The notes beneath the pieces are model-generated. The model saw nothing but the letters and a program-made list of their open reading frames with translations. It was not told the DNA's origin and searched no databases. A stretch of DNA of 62,973 nucleotides, the filler included, from Octopus bimaculoides (Eukaryota), in assembly GCF_001194135.2 (NCBI RefSeq). It is 5 parts of 4 records of this genome, joined end to end, with 100 filler letters (N's around TTAATTAATTAA, not from the genome) between each part and the next. Parts side by side here need not be neighbours in the genome. Positions count along the whole stretch, not along the records: positions 1 to 31,717 come from NC_068982.1; 4 more parts are not named here. The stretch is one strand, 5' to 3'. Every line of letters starts with the position of its first letter. The stretch's first letter is position 1. Positions 13,288-28,003 of the stretch are shown piece by piece. The position numbers were made by a program, and so were the translations under genes.

Positions 13288-14038
13288 CAATAAAGGAAAA
13301 GAATATATATACATAAACATACACACACACACACGCTCATGCGCATACACATATTCACATATGCATACATATATGCATTTATATATGTATACGCACACAT
13401 GCGCGCGCACAGAAACAGAAACACATAGATATAGATATAGATATATTTGTGTGCAAGTATGTATGCATGTGTATCCGGTGAACGTATTTTAATGTTTATA
13501 TGTTGCGTTAATTCAAATTGCCCACTGTGTGTGCTTCTGCGTATGTTTTTCGCTTAGCATGCTACCAAACATAATCATACCCATATGTTCTTCATAAAGC
13601 CCTCTCTGCTTTCTTGTATTTTCTCTTTTTTTGCTTATTTGCTTTACCAACATTAGAGATGTGATATGTGTTATAGCATTTATTTCGTTTGGTTTTGATG
13701 TTTCCCTTCATTTCGCTTTTTCACTTATGTTTAATCTTCTTCATCACAAACGTATTAAAATTCTACTGCTGTCAGGTGTCAATATATTTCTTAGTTAGCG
13801 TGAAACTAGATAGGTACAACATGTCTGCATCAATTAAACGAACATAAATACATATTACTTTGAAATCTGATCCGACCATGATACAGACACATTTTGCTTC
13901 CCTCTGTTTTCAAACTTTATATGGTTATATTTTTCATGCCCATATAATTATCCACAAACACGTGTATATGTGTATGCATGTATATGCATACGATACGTGT
14001 ATATCTATATATATGTACATAGATAGAAATTGTATATA

Positions 14039-14108
<70 letters not shown>

Positions 14109-15636
14109 TGTGTGTGCCTGTGTGTGTATGTGTGTATGTGTGTGTGTGTACATACATACATGCATATATTTATATATGAACAAACGTACAGAACCTCAGA
14201 CATGGACTCGCACAACCAGCATACGGCTAAGACAAATATGCAGAAATAAAATAAAATGCTCAATATTTATTGAATTTTTGATCTGATATATATTTATCCA
14301 TATGTAAGGCAAATGCAGTCACTTGATACCCCGACTAGAATCTTTTTCAATCCATGTTTTGGCCTCTTATGCACATCAACAAATTGAGAAGAATTGACTC
14401 ATAATATTCGTTGCACCTGTAATGAATTATGGAGTTTTGGCTAGAAATACTGCTCACTACGTGTGTATGTCTATTTTGAAGTTCACAATAAGGAGTTAGA
14501 ACATGTTTAGTATGTGAATATAAATTATTTTCCCTGTATATTATCAAAGTATGTTTGCGATGTGTATGATATTCATCTGTAATAAAAAAAAGTTGCAGTA
14601 TTTCGATGTATTCCTAAAATGTGTTGTCTTATATATGTCTGATGTAATGTTATTGACATGTGATTTATCTATAAATTTCCATATATATATATTGAATATA
14701 ATCAAGTCATCTCGACTTGAAAAGGAGAGAAAGAGCATCTACATTGGTGCATGTCACATTTGAGTAAAACCTGGATTCCTTTATAACCTGGAAAGATGCT
14801 ATTTTAAGAAACAATAGTAAGTTTGGTTGCATTTAACACAGCACTTAAATATTCCAGCAATTGTAGGTTTACTAATTTTTCTTACATTTGATTCTAGCAT
14901 ACTTTACGCTGTGGCTCGTCGTAATATTCAAGAGGTTTGGTATAAAGCTAAAACTGTAGATGATTTTTCTATTTTACTTGCTGAACTGACGAGACATGCT
15001 GACTTTCGATTTTATGAATACGTTAAATGATTTTAGGATATTTTTTTAAATGATTGATTTATATATGTTAATTCCTAGTTTTATTAATCATCAGCCGTTT
15101 TGAAAACGGCTTCATCGGGAGAACAAAGTAGATATCCATTTGTTGATGAGCAGACAATGGAGTCCTGCTTTCTTAAGATTAAAAAAATATATATATATTT
15201 AGTAATGTAGAATGAGATGTTACTATTTTTCTTAAACGGCCTTTACGATTTCAAGTTTAGTCGGAGTGTAACATGCAAGAAATTTATCGTTTTAAGCCTC
15301 CTTTCGCGTGCAAACAAGAGACCGATTATGATTATTGATTTAATTTTCCCTTTCCAGTGTTGTTAGCAGTACCACCACTCGCCCAAAACGAGTGTGTATG
15401 AAAACTGGAATCTACCGATCTTGTGATGTTGCATCGAAGAAAGCCCTGGCATATAGAATGGAAATAGTGAAGCAGAATTCGATAATCTGATCTAATTCTG
15501 GTCTCGATGTCATGGACTTGAGCAGCGTGCTTTACAGAAAAATACAACGCACGCGCCGGTCTGGGAATCGATGCCATTACTTTGTGATCGGGTTTCAAAT
15601 ACCCATCACCCTTTACACACGTACGCCCACACACAC

Positions 15637-15674
<38 letters not shown>

Positions 15675-15884
15675 ACACACACATAGAACATCTACCCTTT
15701 TCAAAGACAGTCGTCATTTAGACGCCTTACTATACACTGTCTATTGAAGTTTATGACTAAATAACACACTCTACAAGAAGTATTCATTACAATTAATGCA
15801 GTTTGTGTATCAAAACATACAGAGAGAGAGAAATAGGGGACAGTGAGAGCATGCGAGAAAGACAGAGGAAGAAAAGAGTGGCAG

Positions 15885-15887
<3 letters not shown>

Positions 15888-15977
<90 letters not shown>
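15888..15977. repeat. (GA)n microsatellite, about 90 bp
   Basis: Directly visible. Confidence 0.98.
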
Positions 15978-15980
<3 letters not shown>

Positions 15981-16064
15981 CTCCACAGAATTTTTTTTTA
16001 AAGTACGGTTCGGTAAAGTAGCTCGTATGTGAATATATTAGTAAATAATATAATTTATATTTGT

Positions 16065-16225
16065 GGCAGAAAAGATAACATGCATAGCAAAGTACTTAGC
16101 GGTATTTCGTTCCTTTTTTACGTTGCAAATTCAAATTCCACCGAGGCTGATTTTGCCGTTTCTCTTTCAGGGTCGATGAAATAGAACACTGGGGTCGCTG
16201 TAATCGAGTTACCCTCTCTCGCGAA
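16065..16225 (+). mobile_element. SINE family A, diverged
   Basis: TACTTAGCGGTATTTCG...AATTCAAATTCCACCGAGG...GGGTCGATGAAATA...CTGGGGTCGCTGTAATCGA. Confidence 0.75.
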
Positions 16226-17150
16226 ATTACTCGCTACGTGCGAAAATGTTTTAATGAATATATTTTACATTTCATCAGTATCTTCGTGTAATTGTAAAAA
16301 GTAATTTGATACTAAAATATATAATTTGAAAATAAAAAGAAATAGTCAAGCGAATAAAAATAATATTAATAAATTAAAACAAAACAGCATCTTCTTCCAT
16401 GAAAACCTAACGATTTATATTCTGATACTACTGGATGAAAGAATCTAAACATACAATGCTTGAATAGATTTTAAAATCTTATTGCTAAAATACGTATGGT
16501 CAATAGGTGAAATTTTATAAGAAAAATATTTTGAAAAGCTACTATTTCAAAATAAATTAATATCGTGTTTGAATTCCCATGTGGTTAAATGAGCAATGCA
16601 GATTGTAACTAAAAATTAAGTACGATATTTTAAGATCCGAAAATTAACAGTTGTAAGCATGTATGACAATATAAATAAAATTTTATGTAGATGAATAGAT
16701 TAAAAGTATAATAAGTAAACAAAACAATGTTGCATTGTTGCAAGAATAATGCAGAAGTAAACTACTTGATGAATACTGACAACTATTTATATAAATCTAC
16801 GCAGGTATAAAAGTCTAAGTCAATTACAAAAGGTGAAGCAAAAATTAAATACATCTAGACGAAGAATGAAAACAGTGAAATACTATTAAAGTGAAAAAAC
16901 AATGTTTACAATAGAACTTACATGTCAGAGAAATATTCTGTTGGGAATGAAAATGGCATAAAGACAACATTCACTTTTAAACAATCGACCTAATTTTAAA
17001 TAAATTCGTCTAAAATAGAATTGCAAAATATGAAAAGGAAACGCATAAAATGTTTTATATGTAGCACATTAGTACGTGTGGATATATCTGTACACTCGAG
17101 TATACAACATATCACAGGTATGAAATTATACCTGTGTATGTTGGTGTGTT

Positions 17151-17205
<55 letters not shown>

Positions 17206-18060
17206 NNNNNNNNNNNNNNNNNNNNNNNNNNNNNNNNNNNNNNNNNNNNNNNNNNNNNNNNNNNNNNNNNNNNNNNNNNNNNNNNNNNNNNNNNNNNNNN
17301 NNNNNNNNNNNNNNNNNNNNNNNNNNNNNNNNNNNNNNNNNNNNNNNNNNNNNNNNNNNNNNNNNNNNNNNNNNNNNNNNNNNNNNNNNNNNNNNNNNNN
17401 NNNNNNNNNNNNNNNNNNNNNNNNNNNNNNNNNNNNNNNNNNNNNNNNNNNNNNNNNNNNNNNNNNNNNNNNNNNNNNNNNNNNNNNNNNNNNNNNNNNN
17501 NNNNNNNNNNNNNNNNNNNNNNNNNNNNNNNNNNATATATATATATATACGCATATAATACACGTGCGTATACATTTTAACCTTAACAGTCAGAGAATTG
17601 GAAGTGTGTCATAACGAATAACAAACGGACTCCACATATTTCCATGTTTCTTGTGTGTACCACTCCATACAATCAAATGATTCACATATCAAAACTTCTT
17701 ATAAAATATGTTTTCTGTGTTGAAAACGAACTTTTGTCTTCATTTGTATAATATTCATATGAAGTTGTTACTGTTGAAAAATCTGTCCATAGAATCCATG
17801 CATATAAGGTTGGGTTATCGATTCTAATCACAGGTACAATTGATATAGTTGGAATCTACTTATGTTTTGTCTCGAGGTTATGATAGATGGCATTTAAACG
17901 ATACACTTGACACTGCATTGGAATCATATTGTTTGATGTACCAAGTGCAGTGCAAGGACATTTGTATTTTTTGCATACATGATGACAATTAAATTATTTT
18001 CCGTTCAGCGTTTTAAAATTGATATCTATGATCTAAATGATATACGTCTATCATATTGCT

Positions 18061-18240
18061 TTCAAATTTTGGCTCAAGGGCAGCAATTTCAGGAAAGAGA
18101 TAAGTCGATTACATCGACGCTAGTGCTCAAGTGCAACTTATTTTATCGATCCCAAAGGATGAAAGGCAAAGTCGAACTCTGCAGAATCTGAAGTGAAATC
18201 GTAATGACAGACGAAATGCCGCTATTCATTTTGCTCGGCG
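18061..18240 (-). mobile_element. SINE family A
   Basis: Reverse complement contains GACTTTGCCTTTCATCCTTTGGGATCGATAAAATAAG and GTCGATGTAATCGACTTA. Confidence 0.8.
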
Positions 18241-19644
18241 GCAAATGTTATATACACATGTTCCTTTATTGTACAACAGTCTTCACAGATCACAAATAGA
18301 GATCTTTTACCTGAATACGTATCGGAATCTGATTTCATATTTTCATTGGATTACATATTTAAAATGTTTAAAATAAAAAAAAACACATTAAAAAACCCCG
18401 CAAACTTGATAAAAGAGGAAGAATGTAAGCAAAAGCTTATCTCTGCAGTAATCACGAAAAGATGTTTCTTGTGACAGAGCCCATAACTAGGACAGTAATA
18501 ACCTAATTGAGTGTTATAAGATCAAATTATTTCGGACGATAAGTTATTGCTCTCTTGTGAACAGCTTTCATGTTAGTGTGTGAAAATTAGCAGCAAATAT
18601 TAGTAATTTTGGATAAATCAAGAAATTGTTCAGATTTATAATTCGACATGTTCTTGGCTCTTTTTGAATGAGAACGTACATATGTATATATGTAAACACT
18701 AACATATAGCAGACAATTAAGAGAGAGGTTCAAGGAACACAAATCAGCCAAAAGATAGAAGTGAATTACATACACTTCATATTTTTTTTTGAACTTACTC
18801 CGAATGTAGGCTCATTACTTCGATAAAAAGCGAACAAGGTAGTGTCAGTAAATATAATTCCTACATATTCCTTTTCTGTATATATGCATGCACTTATTTC
18901 CCTTCTCGCCGTGTCTCTGTTGGAACATTTGGATATCTATTAGGATATTTGCATCTTTGCCTTCCTTATCTAATCGTAATATATATAAGCTAATGCTTGC
19001 ATATGAATTCCAAGACGACTGAACCAAGCTCCTGAAATTTGGCTCTGGAGTACATAATTTCGTGAAGGCAGAAATAGGCTTACTCGTATCTTCTAAGATA
19101 TATTGTTGAGAGTGAAAAGATTAAGAACACAAGATTTTAAAAATAATACGCTATCCCAGAAAATAAATTTAGATTCTATATTTAGGTTCTATGAATCTTC
19201 TTTCTATTTTATCTTATTTTTCTTAGTAGATAGGGCGTCACAATTCAAGTGTGGACCGTTTAGATATAGCAGAGATGAGTGAATATTTTGAACGCACTCA
19301 TCCAAAATACTGTGATTTTTTGTCATTATACACACTTTACGTATTAATAATCCTACCAAGGCTTGATATAACGGCTAGTATATACATACATATAATTGCT
19401 CCGGCATCGTTTTATCAAATACACACATGCATATAAGACACTTGCAGCTACATTTCAATTGTGTCTTATTTTCTTTTCAGTTTTCTCTGCTTTAATTTGC
19501 TCTTTTCTTTCTTCATCCGTTTTGCATTGTTTTTCGATTGATTATCATTTGAAATGTTCTCGTTTTTTTCTTCGCCTTTACTTTTGTAAAATACTCACAC
19601 TCGTACAATAAACAGACATGCTAACTAATTGCGTAGGTGTCTGC

Positions 19645-19714
19645 TTCAATTACAGTTTCTTATATATATTTCTCATATTTTCAATTACAGTTTCTTATAT
19701 ATATTTCTCATATT
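19645..19714. repeat. Perfect 35-bp tandem duplication
   Basis: TTCAATTACAGTTTCTTATATATATTTCTCATATT twice in a row, just before a gap. Confidence 0.9.
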
Positions 19715-19927
19715 TACATTATGTATATATATNNNNNNNNNNNNNNNNNNNNNNNNNNNNNNNNNNNNNNNNNNNNNNNNNNNNNNNNNNNNNNNNNNNN
19801 NNNNNNNNNNNNNNNNNNNNNNNNNNNNNNNNNNNNNNNNNNNNNNNNNNNNNNNNNNNNNNNNNNNNNNNNNNNNNNNNNNNNNNNNNNNNNNNNNNNN
19901 NNNNNNNNNNNNNNNNNNNNNNNNNNN

Positions 19928-19965
<38 letters not shown>

Positions 19966-20452
19966 TTACAATAATCTGTTTTGTCAACGGTCAACGTAAG
20001 TCATCTATCCCTCTATGTCTACCTCTACCTATTTATCTGTCTGTATGTCTCGCTGCCTGTCTGTATGTATGTGTGCGTGTATACATATATATATTTATGC
20101 ATGTATATCTATATAATGCTTACACATATTTGTTTACACACATGCTCAAACGTTTATATGGAGATTAATGGATAGGTATGTGTATAGTTACGTATATATG
20201 CTTGTGTAAAATAAAGCAAAATAGATAAAGTGAACAATGAATGGATTTAAAAAGGTAATAAAACATCATTGACTATTGCAAAGAAACATATACAAGAAAG
20301 TTCATTATTTCATTAGATTAAACATTTCTATTAAGAAAGCAAAAGAGAATGATTTGCGAAAAAATTGTATGTCCTATATTTGAAAGAAAAATTAATAAGT
20401 GCTTAAATCAGCTAAAAAGCAATGAACGCAAATACACATTAGTAAATGTATA

Positions 20453-20500
<48 letters not shown>

Positions 20501-22699
20501 TATACCTGTGTGTGTATGTATTTACGTGTATCAATTTGAATGCGACACTATTTCTAGATTTCTTCGCATATACACGAGAAAAACGAAGTATTACTCCGAT
20601 TAACAGTAAGAAATTTGAAATGAAAAGTTATATAAACGATAAAAAGCTAGCTTAGAAGAAATTATCAAAGACTTGCAGACGCAGAACACATCAAACATAA
20701 ATTTGCTGAAAAAAGGAAGACAAATATCCGAATATTACAGGCAAGAAACCATATGCTATATTTTACGTGACTATTGAGAAATCCAGAATTAAAGTAATAA
20801 TTGAAACATAAATATTAGCCAATCAACGACGAATACAGTGACTCGAAATGACATAACTTTATATCCTTTAGATTTATTATTTCGCAGAATTGAAGTCACA
20901 TATTAACAAAGTAACAAAAATCTTTCGCTTAGATATTGCTGGGATTTGTATATATATAGCAGACATAATGCAGGCTTTTATGTAGGTAATTATGAGAATA
21001 TTTTTACTCTCATCTAATGAGAGCGGAGTGCAGATGTTTTTCGTACACTACAGTATGCGTTTCACTACTCTTCATGTGTGTATGTGAGTGTGTGTCCGTG
21101 TGTGTTCGTGTATGTGTGTGTATGTGTGTGTATGTGTGCGCGTGTGTGCGTGTGTGCCATACGTACATGTATTAGTGTATATTCAGCCCAGGGAGACAAA
21201 TAAATTATATTTAGTACGCTTTACCTCTCTTCATTGTACCACAAATTTTGGATTAGACGGATGCTAGTTAGTTTCTGTTATTCTTTTATGAAGAACCGTA
21301 GAAATTGAAGGTTTTATGCAGACTTATTGTCACATAGGTTTCCCAGCAAAGCTATGATACTAGGTCAAATGAAAATGCATTGCCTGGATAAAACGGCAGT
21401 CGATTTCTTCTAAATTCACTATTGGCATTCTTCTTTTCCCGAGTTTTAGATTACGCACCTTTGCATGTACGAGTGCATTTGCGTATATGCAAGGGTGTCC
21501 TGTCGTTCATGAGCTCGCCTACGTCCCGTGGGCATGATTGACCACAGGCAACCCAGTATTTCCGTTTCAGTATTCATATTTTCGACAATAACTTCAGCTT
21601 TAACAAAGCTGACTGGGAGAAAGAAAATTTGGGGCCTAAAGAAATGAATTTTACCATGCGTGCTAATGATTCTGCCAACCACCGCTGAAATGGTTGCAAA
21701 ACACTAGCGAAAAAAGAATGAACTACTGGATACAGCACCTGTGAATTAGAGGATGAACGGAGGAGATGATGATGTAGTATTCTGCATTTACATGTGTTGG
21801 AGACATATACTAAGAAGGAATTTTTAGACACCCAGTTCTCAGTGGCCAGCCAAATTTCAAAGCGCAGAAAAGTGATATTCATACCTCAGACCAAAGTGAG
21901 TCACGTAGGTAACACTAGTCCGATTTGCCATTTGTCAAGGAACTCAGGGATGATGTAATTAGGCTGGTTGATCTCTTTTCTTGTAATTCCTCTCTAGGAC
22001 TATGAAGCTGTAAAATGTCATCAAATCATGAAATTCAAAGGCTAAAATTTCGGTGCAGAAATCGTAATGTCAACGAAGTTACACATAGTTCCGTTCTATA
22101 TGAAGTTTAGTATAGGTGAAAGAAATAAGAAAGCCTCAGTCGCATGCAAAGCTGGATTCTCTGTTTTTGTAGTAAATAAACTATGGATTTGTGATCATCT
22201 TCGAAAAAGAAGGGTGAAAACCAGGTTCGCCCATACTCATGTACGAATGTCGTTACGTGAAGAAACTGATACTTAACGTTTCTTTTTTTTTTTTTGTCGC
22301 GTGGGGCGGGTATTCATGTGATATTTTCATACAGTAATGAGTTAGTGTTAGTTTCGTCATGAAACCCAATATCTCAATACAAAGTTCAAAATAGTTCATG
22401 GTGTGAGCAGAAAACATGTGGAGACTTTATTACTCAACACGAGTAAGTCTTCCCTGGCTGTGCTGAACACTGATGACCGACAAAAGGTAATCGGTTTCTT
22501 GCATATACGGGTTTACGGAAGACGCAGTAAGTAATCATTAAGGAAAGATAAATTTAATGCTGTGGAAAATGTTATATTTGAAGTGGAAGTAGAAATTACC
22601 CTCATATGACAGTTGGCATGTAGCAGGACAAATATTGAGGTACGGATCTGGTGCTTACCAGTAAAACGAATATAACCGTGTGTGTGGGGGGTGCCCCTT

Positions 22700-23430
22700 T
22701 GCTCTTTGAGGCCTTCTCCTCGACGGTTTTCCAGCTTACCAGTCTCCCGCACTGATACGAAGCTCTACCCACTACTTCAACTCACTAATATTCAATCTCA
22801 AATGCATTTCGGGATGCCCACATGTCCAACCAGATTTCATCATCCCTTTGTAGCCATATGCAACGCATGACTCTCTTGACTCTCGCCTGGATCTCATTGA
22901 ATATTTTATTTGCTTGGCGATGTTTGAAGCCATTTCATAGCAGCCACCATGTCAGTCTCTTTTCAATAAAACCCCACATTCATCTTCTCCAGGAAAGTGT
23001 ACTGCACTCTAACCAGCATTAATGCTGTATTGTAGAATTGGTGCTTGTCTTTCCTAACTTGAGCTGCATCTATACCTTGTTCATGTGGAAGAGGTCATTC
23101 AGCAAGGATATTCTCCTACGTTCTTCACACTTCATTGTCATATATTACTTCTTGCTTTTTCGTGCTGGAAACACGCGTCCACAGCATACTAGATCCGCTT
23201 TCACCGCCCAGACATCGTCTCAGCTCTCGTCATTCACACCTTTCTCTTTCGGTTTCGGGTAGCCATTTTGACCGAGACGAACAATATGAGAAATCGTTAA
23301 CTGCGGTTTATTGCGGCTATTGATAATATCAATATGATTGTCAGCAGCAGCGCAGAGAGTTTTCAGGTTCTCATTGCTTCTCCACGTATTCGTTACCTTG
23401 TCCATTGCACAGTACCAACTTTTCCGCATC
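22700..23430 (-). mobile_element. Possible very old RTE-like LINE 3' part
   Basis: Weak frameshifted motifs only: LVGHV and GKLENRRGEG (cf. WLGHV...G-x-R-x-x-GRP), and VRSAVH (cf. VRSAMLYGSETW). Confidence 0.3.
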
Positions 23431-23525
23431 TACATTTATCGTATTTTCCCATTATCCATCTCAGCAGATTGCTGAGGGATGGCAGTACTTCCAGATTAGC
23501 ATTTCACATTCAATTAAATTTTACA

Positions 23526-23600
<75 letters not shown>

Positions 23601-23731
23601 NNNNNNNNNNNNNNNNNNNNNNNNNNNNNNNNNNNNNNNNNNNNNNNNNNNNNNNNNNNNNNNNNNNNNNNNNNNNNNNNNNNNNNNNNNNNNNNNNNNN
23701 NNNNNNNNNNNNNNNNNNNNNNNTATATATA

Positions 23732-23779
<48 letters not shown>

Positions 23780-25769
23780 TGTGTGTTTGTACGTATATAT
23801 GAAGTGAAACAAGATACTAGTACAATTGCTTTATCCATACTTAACCAGCGAATCGTTGCCGAAATGTTACTATACAATATATTAAATATATTACATTGCA
23901 TCAGTATTATATCAGCAATACTGGTAAGTGACGACTCCACAGGTATGAACTCAAAGAGTTTGCGAAATCACACTACATCATAGAGAATATTATCTCAGCA
24001 CTTCATTAGCATTTGAGAAAGAAGCAACACCATTAAACCGTTAACGACAACTACAGTTCATCTGGTCAAGAGATTGAGTAGATGAATAATTAAAACTCTA
24101 TATACATAAATAACTAAAGAGATAAACCATATCATTCGACTTATCAGTTTTGTCTACGAATTGTGTGGTATGCTGTTTTTATTCGATTTTTCACAATAGA
24201 TTGATTCAGGAAGTTGCCGTGCAAATCAACATTTTGTAAGAAAAAGTGAGACATAAGTTTGTAGAAATAAAACAAAACACAAACGAGATTACCATGTGTT
24301 ATGTATATACACTTATATGTGTGTGCATGTATGTATGTATTTATGTATGTATGTACATCTCTGTGTGTGTATTCATATGTGCGTGCATATGCTATTATAT
24401 GGATACTCTTGTGCTATTGGAGTTTGAAAGAGGTAAAGCTTTTTCCCGTTGTTTCCAGAATGTATCAGTGCTATTGAAAATAATGAAGCTACTGAAGATC
24501 GGGAGATTATACTGGCTCTGTCATTTTCATTGCTTCTTTTAATTGTTCCGGCAGTTGCTTCAGGTTAAACCGTTTCGAAACTTCTAATGGACCTTGTCTG
24601 TTTTGCAGTTTATTTCTTATTGTTCCCTGAAAAATCACCTTTCTTAACATTTCATACTCTATTATTCTATATGGAGTATATTTAGCAACTTATTAAAAAA
24701 ATAATTCTACCCAAAACCTTAGTTTAAGGTGTGGCCTGTCTCACTATCAAAGAAGTAAAATGGAAATAAGATTAAAGGTAAATGAAAACCTAGGACGGAA
24801 AAGACGAAATGATATAAAATGGTAACCCAAGTATAAAATCCTCGACTGAAACCACTTTAGTACATCGTATCTTGTTTAGTACGTTATATAATAGCTATGT
24901 TCTCATTAATACTTGCAGCATGTAATAAGAAAAGGTGAGAACGTTTAAAGCACTTGGGATCCTTTAGAGAAAGAGAGAATCTTTTGTAATGTAATGGGAT
25001 TATTATATTTCACAGATTCTACCACAGCTCAAACAATAACACATTCTAATCTTCGAAATACTACAGCTTCTAGTCACCTCAATCAAATATGTTCATAGCT
25101 ATAAAGAAGAGAACGTAATATATATATTTGAAATAATGAAATTACAATATTTTCCTCCAAATCCATTACTACATTTTTTCGAGATGTCATTTCATATATC
25201 CATAACTCTGCAATACAGCGTATATAGTTCAATTTAAGGTTGCTCACAAAAACCTTGTCGCGAATTCACGAATATCATATATATATCAATATTTTGTAAA
25301 AATGTCAGTCCCACTTGATATTGCATTTCAACCATTTTGCTTTGCAGTTGATTGTATGCGATATTTGATTTAATTCAAAGAATGACCCTCTTATGTGACA
25401 GCATTTCACGCATTTAGTAACGACTGGCATCATATGTAATATTCAGCTGTGTGTTACATGTCATTCTATTGAAGAACATACCTTCGCAAATAATACAGTG
25501 TCCAGTTAAATAAAGGTAAATACGAGTTTCTTTAGAACCTCTGACAACGTTAAGTGTTTTTCAGACCTCCAAAAATAAAACACATATGTAAAATAGTCAT
25601 TCAAAACGTAAGAAGCGATAAAATGAAAAACGTAGTCTAAGCGATATCATTCGCTAAAAACCTACAGGTTGATACCTTAATATTTAGCTTCCTTAAAATA
25701 GTTGCTTCTAACCTATCAGAAACGCGCGCGCGCACAGATACGTACAAAGAGAATAAATGCCGTAAGTTT

Positions 25770-26240
25770 GGACAACCATATAGAAAGAGCTGTCAAAATA
25801 GTAGAAAATAAATATGCTACCGCTCTTTGGAATTTGAGTATCCAAACCGAATGTCCTACACAAGCCAATGCAAATGTTACCCGACTAATGGTTGGATGCA
25901 TTTTGACTTGAGTCAGAAATAGAGGACTTCATTCAGCTCAGGATCAATATCTTCCAATCAGAAGCTACCAAAGAAGCATTCATAAGAATGGTGCAAACTC
26001 TGCCTGCTGCTTCTGTGGTGCAACTTGAAAAACACTTAAACACCTCAACTTTGGATGTTGTACGGTAGTCTAAAATGAATACATAATTCGTCATCATAAA
26101 CTTGGCCTGCACTGGCTCATATGCTGTGCGTCTGGACTCCCGAAGGAGAAGGACTGGTGGAAACATAAGCTTGCCACAGTTGTAGAAAATAAAGATACCA
26201 CCGTCCTTTGGGAATTTTGTATCCAAACTAATCGTTCTCT
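25770..26240 (+). mobile_element. Two short R4/Dong-like pre-RLE fragments (25770-25875 and 26145-26240)
   Basis: HIERAVKIVENKYATALWNLSIQTE and KDWWKHKLATVVENKDTTVLWEFCIQTNR match the W-x-H-x-P-x-x-V-x-EN...LWDF-x-IQTD segment seen in copy d. Confidence 0.65.
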
Positions 26241-26492
26241 ATATTTGTGTAGGGGAGACAAGCTTCTCTACCCAGCTCAGTTTGCATTCAGGGGGACATG
26301 TTTCTGAAATGTAAGGACACAGGAAATATGTCAAGGCCAACAGGAAGCGGTCCAGCTTCCTAGGGCTAGATAGCAACAGTATGATTCCCTTAATGGGTCT
26401 ATCACATTAAGTTGACAGTAAACAACTGCTTTATCATAACACTGCTGCTTATATCTCTGTGAGATTTATAATTAGATCATTAATAATAATAA

Positions 26493-27120
26493 AGCTCTCC
26501 CAAAAAGTGTGTAAGCCTTTTCTTCAACATTCTATGTTTGCTAAAACTTTGAGATGTTTATACATTTTTATATCTGAACTACGATGTGATTATATAGATC
26601 GACTATTATAGGTTTTTAAAAGTTTGAGACGTTTCTTATGAATTTCTATACCTTTAGCCATCCTAGTTCCAACTTAACAACGCTCCTCTCAAAAATTTCT
26701 ATATCTTAGCTATGCTAGGTCCTCCCCACCAAAATCTAGATTTCTATACATAAATTGGCCCCCACACTGGAATTTTGGCAAGCTTACCTGTCTGCTCGTC
26801 TCCTCTCTCTATCTCCTCCTCTTCCCATGGGTTCTTTGTGTTGATGTAAGCATTCACACGATAAGATAGCCATTTAACAGCTCTCCCCAATAATGTGTAA
26901 GCCTTTTTCTATTACTTGCTCAGTTTGCTAAAACTTTGAGGTGTTTACAGATTTTTATATCTTAACTACAATGTAATTTTCCGTAGATAGATTCCTTTAT
27001 CGTAAATATGATGTGATGTTTTATACATGGACTACTATAGTTTTTTTAAACTTTAAGATGTTGTTCAAAAATTTCTATATCTTAGCTACGCTAGATCTAA
27101 CTTGTCGACACTCCTCTCAT
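26493..27120. repeat. Diverged local direct duplication, about 230 bp (26493-26725 and 26879-27120)
   Basis: Shared blocks AGCTCTCCC..TGTGTAAGCCTTTT, GTTTGCTAAAACTTTGAG.TGTTTA and AAAAATTTCTATATCTTAGCTA.GCTAG. Confidence 0.85.
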
Positions 27121-28003
27121 AAATCCCCTCACATCCGTCTCCGATCTACCGCCACTCATGTCAACTAGCATCCAATCAACCAGCCGGTATTAGTAGACAC
27201 AAGCACGCTCTTCTGTTTAACGCCGCAGCATCAGCAGTAGCTAAACCAACAGCCGTAAATCTGCCATCAATTGTTGTCTAACGAAATCAGAAGAGACGAT
27301 ATTAGGATCACTAGGCCTCATAGAAATAATACAATGTATAGCAATGATTATGAAACTATAGTAGTGAACGAGAACATTATAAGATAGGGAGTATAGTATG
27401 AATAAGGAAATTATAATAGTGAATAAGTAAACAATTACCCGGAATGATTAGCAAGTGGCATTGTGAAACCGTCGAGTCATCGGTTACTAAACAGGCAACC
27501 CCACTAAGTTTGCTTGGCGAGGAGGTGGATTTTCGACACACCGTGGGTTTAAAAACAAAACCCGGCAAAGGGCAGTGGAACTCAGACGAGTCAACGACCA
27601 TCCCGAAAACGGGTAGACAAAACGTATGATGCTTGGTTGGCAGTTTATCTAGGAGATTTAAGACTTTGATTTAAAACTGAGGTGGATAAGACTCCTTAGT
27701 CACAGTGGTGACAATCTGTCAGTGTCCAACGGCTCCATGCCTGAGATGAAGGCGAATGAACTGTGAATAGGGACTTAACTCCGGAGCAATATTGGGATAA
27801 AAATACGGGAGCAATACGCTCATCTGTCTTCTAGAGAAAATCACGATTATGTTCCCCTACACATAGAAATGCGAGTGTAACAGGTCCAACTTATGGGTAG
27901 TAAGAGCTCTGCAGTCTTGGTTGACAATCTTAATAGGGATGCAATCTTGATAAGAATATCGGTTGTGAGTTAACTGTAAAACATACCTCAATGTTGAGTT
28001 AAA

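Noticed and set aside
14827-15030. Short ORF with a hydrophobic stretch as the missing sulfotransferase anchor
   Set aside because: Wrong strand and wrong side of the catalytic exon; no recognisable homology.
15085-15120. AGCCGTTT/AAACGGCT hairpin flanked by GATGA on the minus strand
   Set aside because: Core reads CCGATGA and GATG instead of CTGANGA and GAAA; no supporting stems.
21420-21990. Coding-looking, GC-richer block
   Set aside because: The frames I translated are interrupted and I recognised no motif; a translated search against Repbase or nr would be needed.
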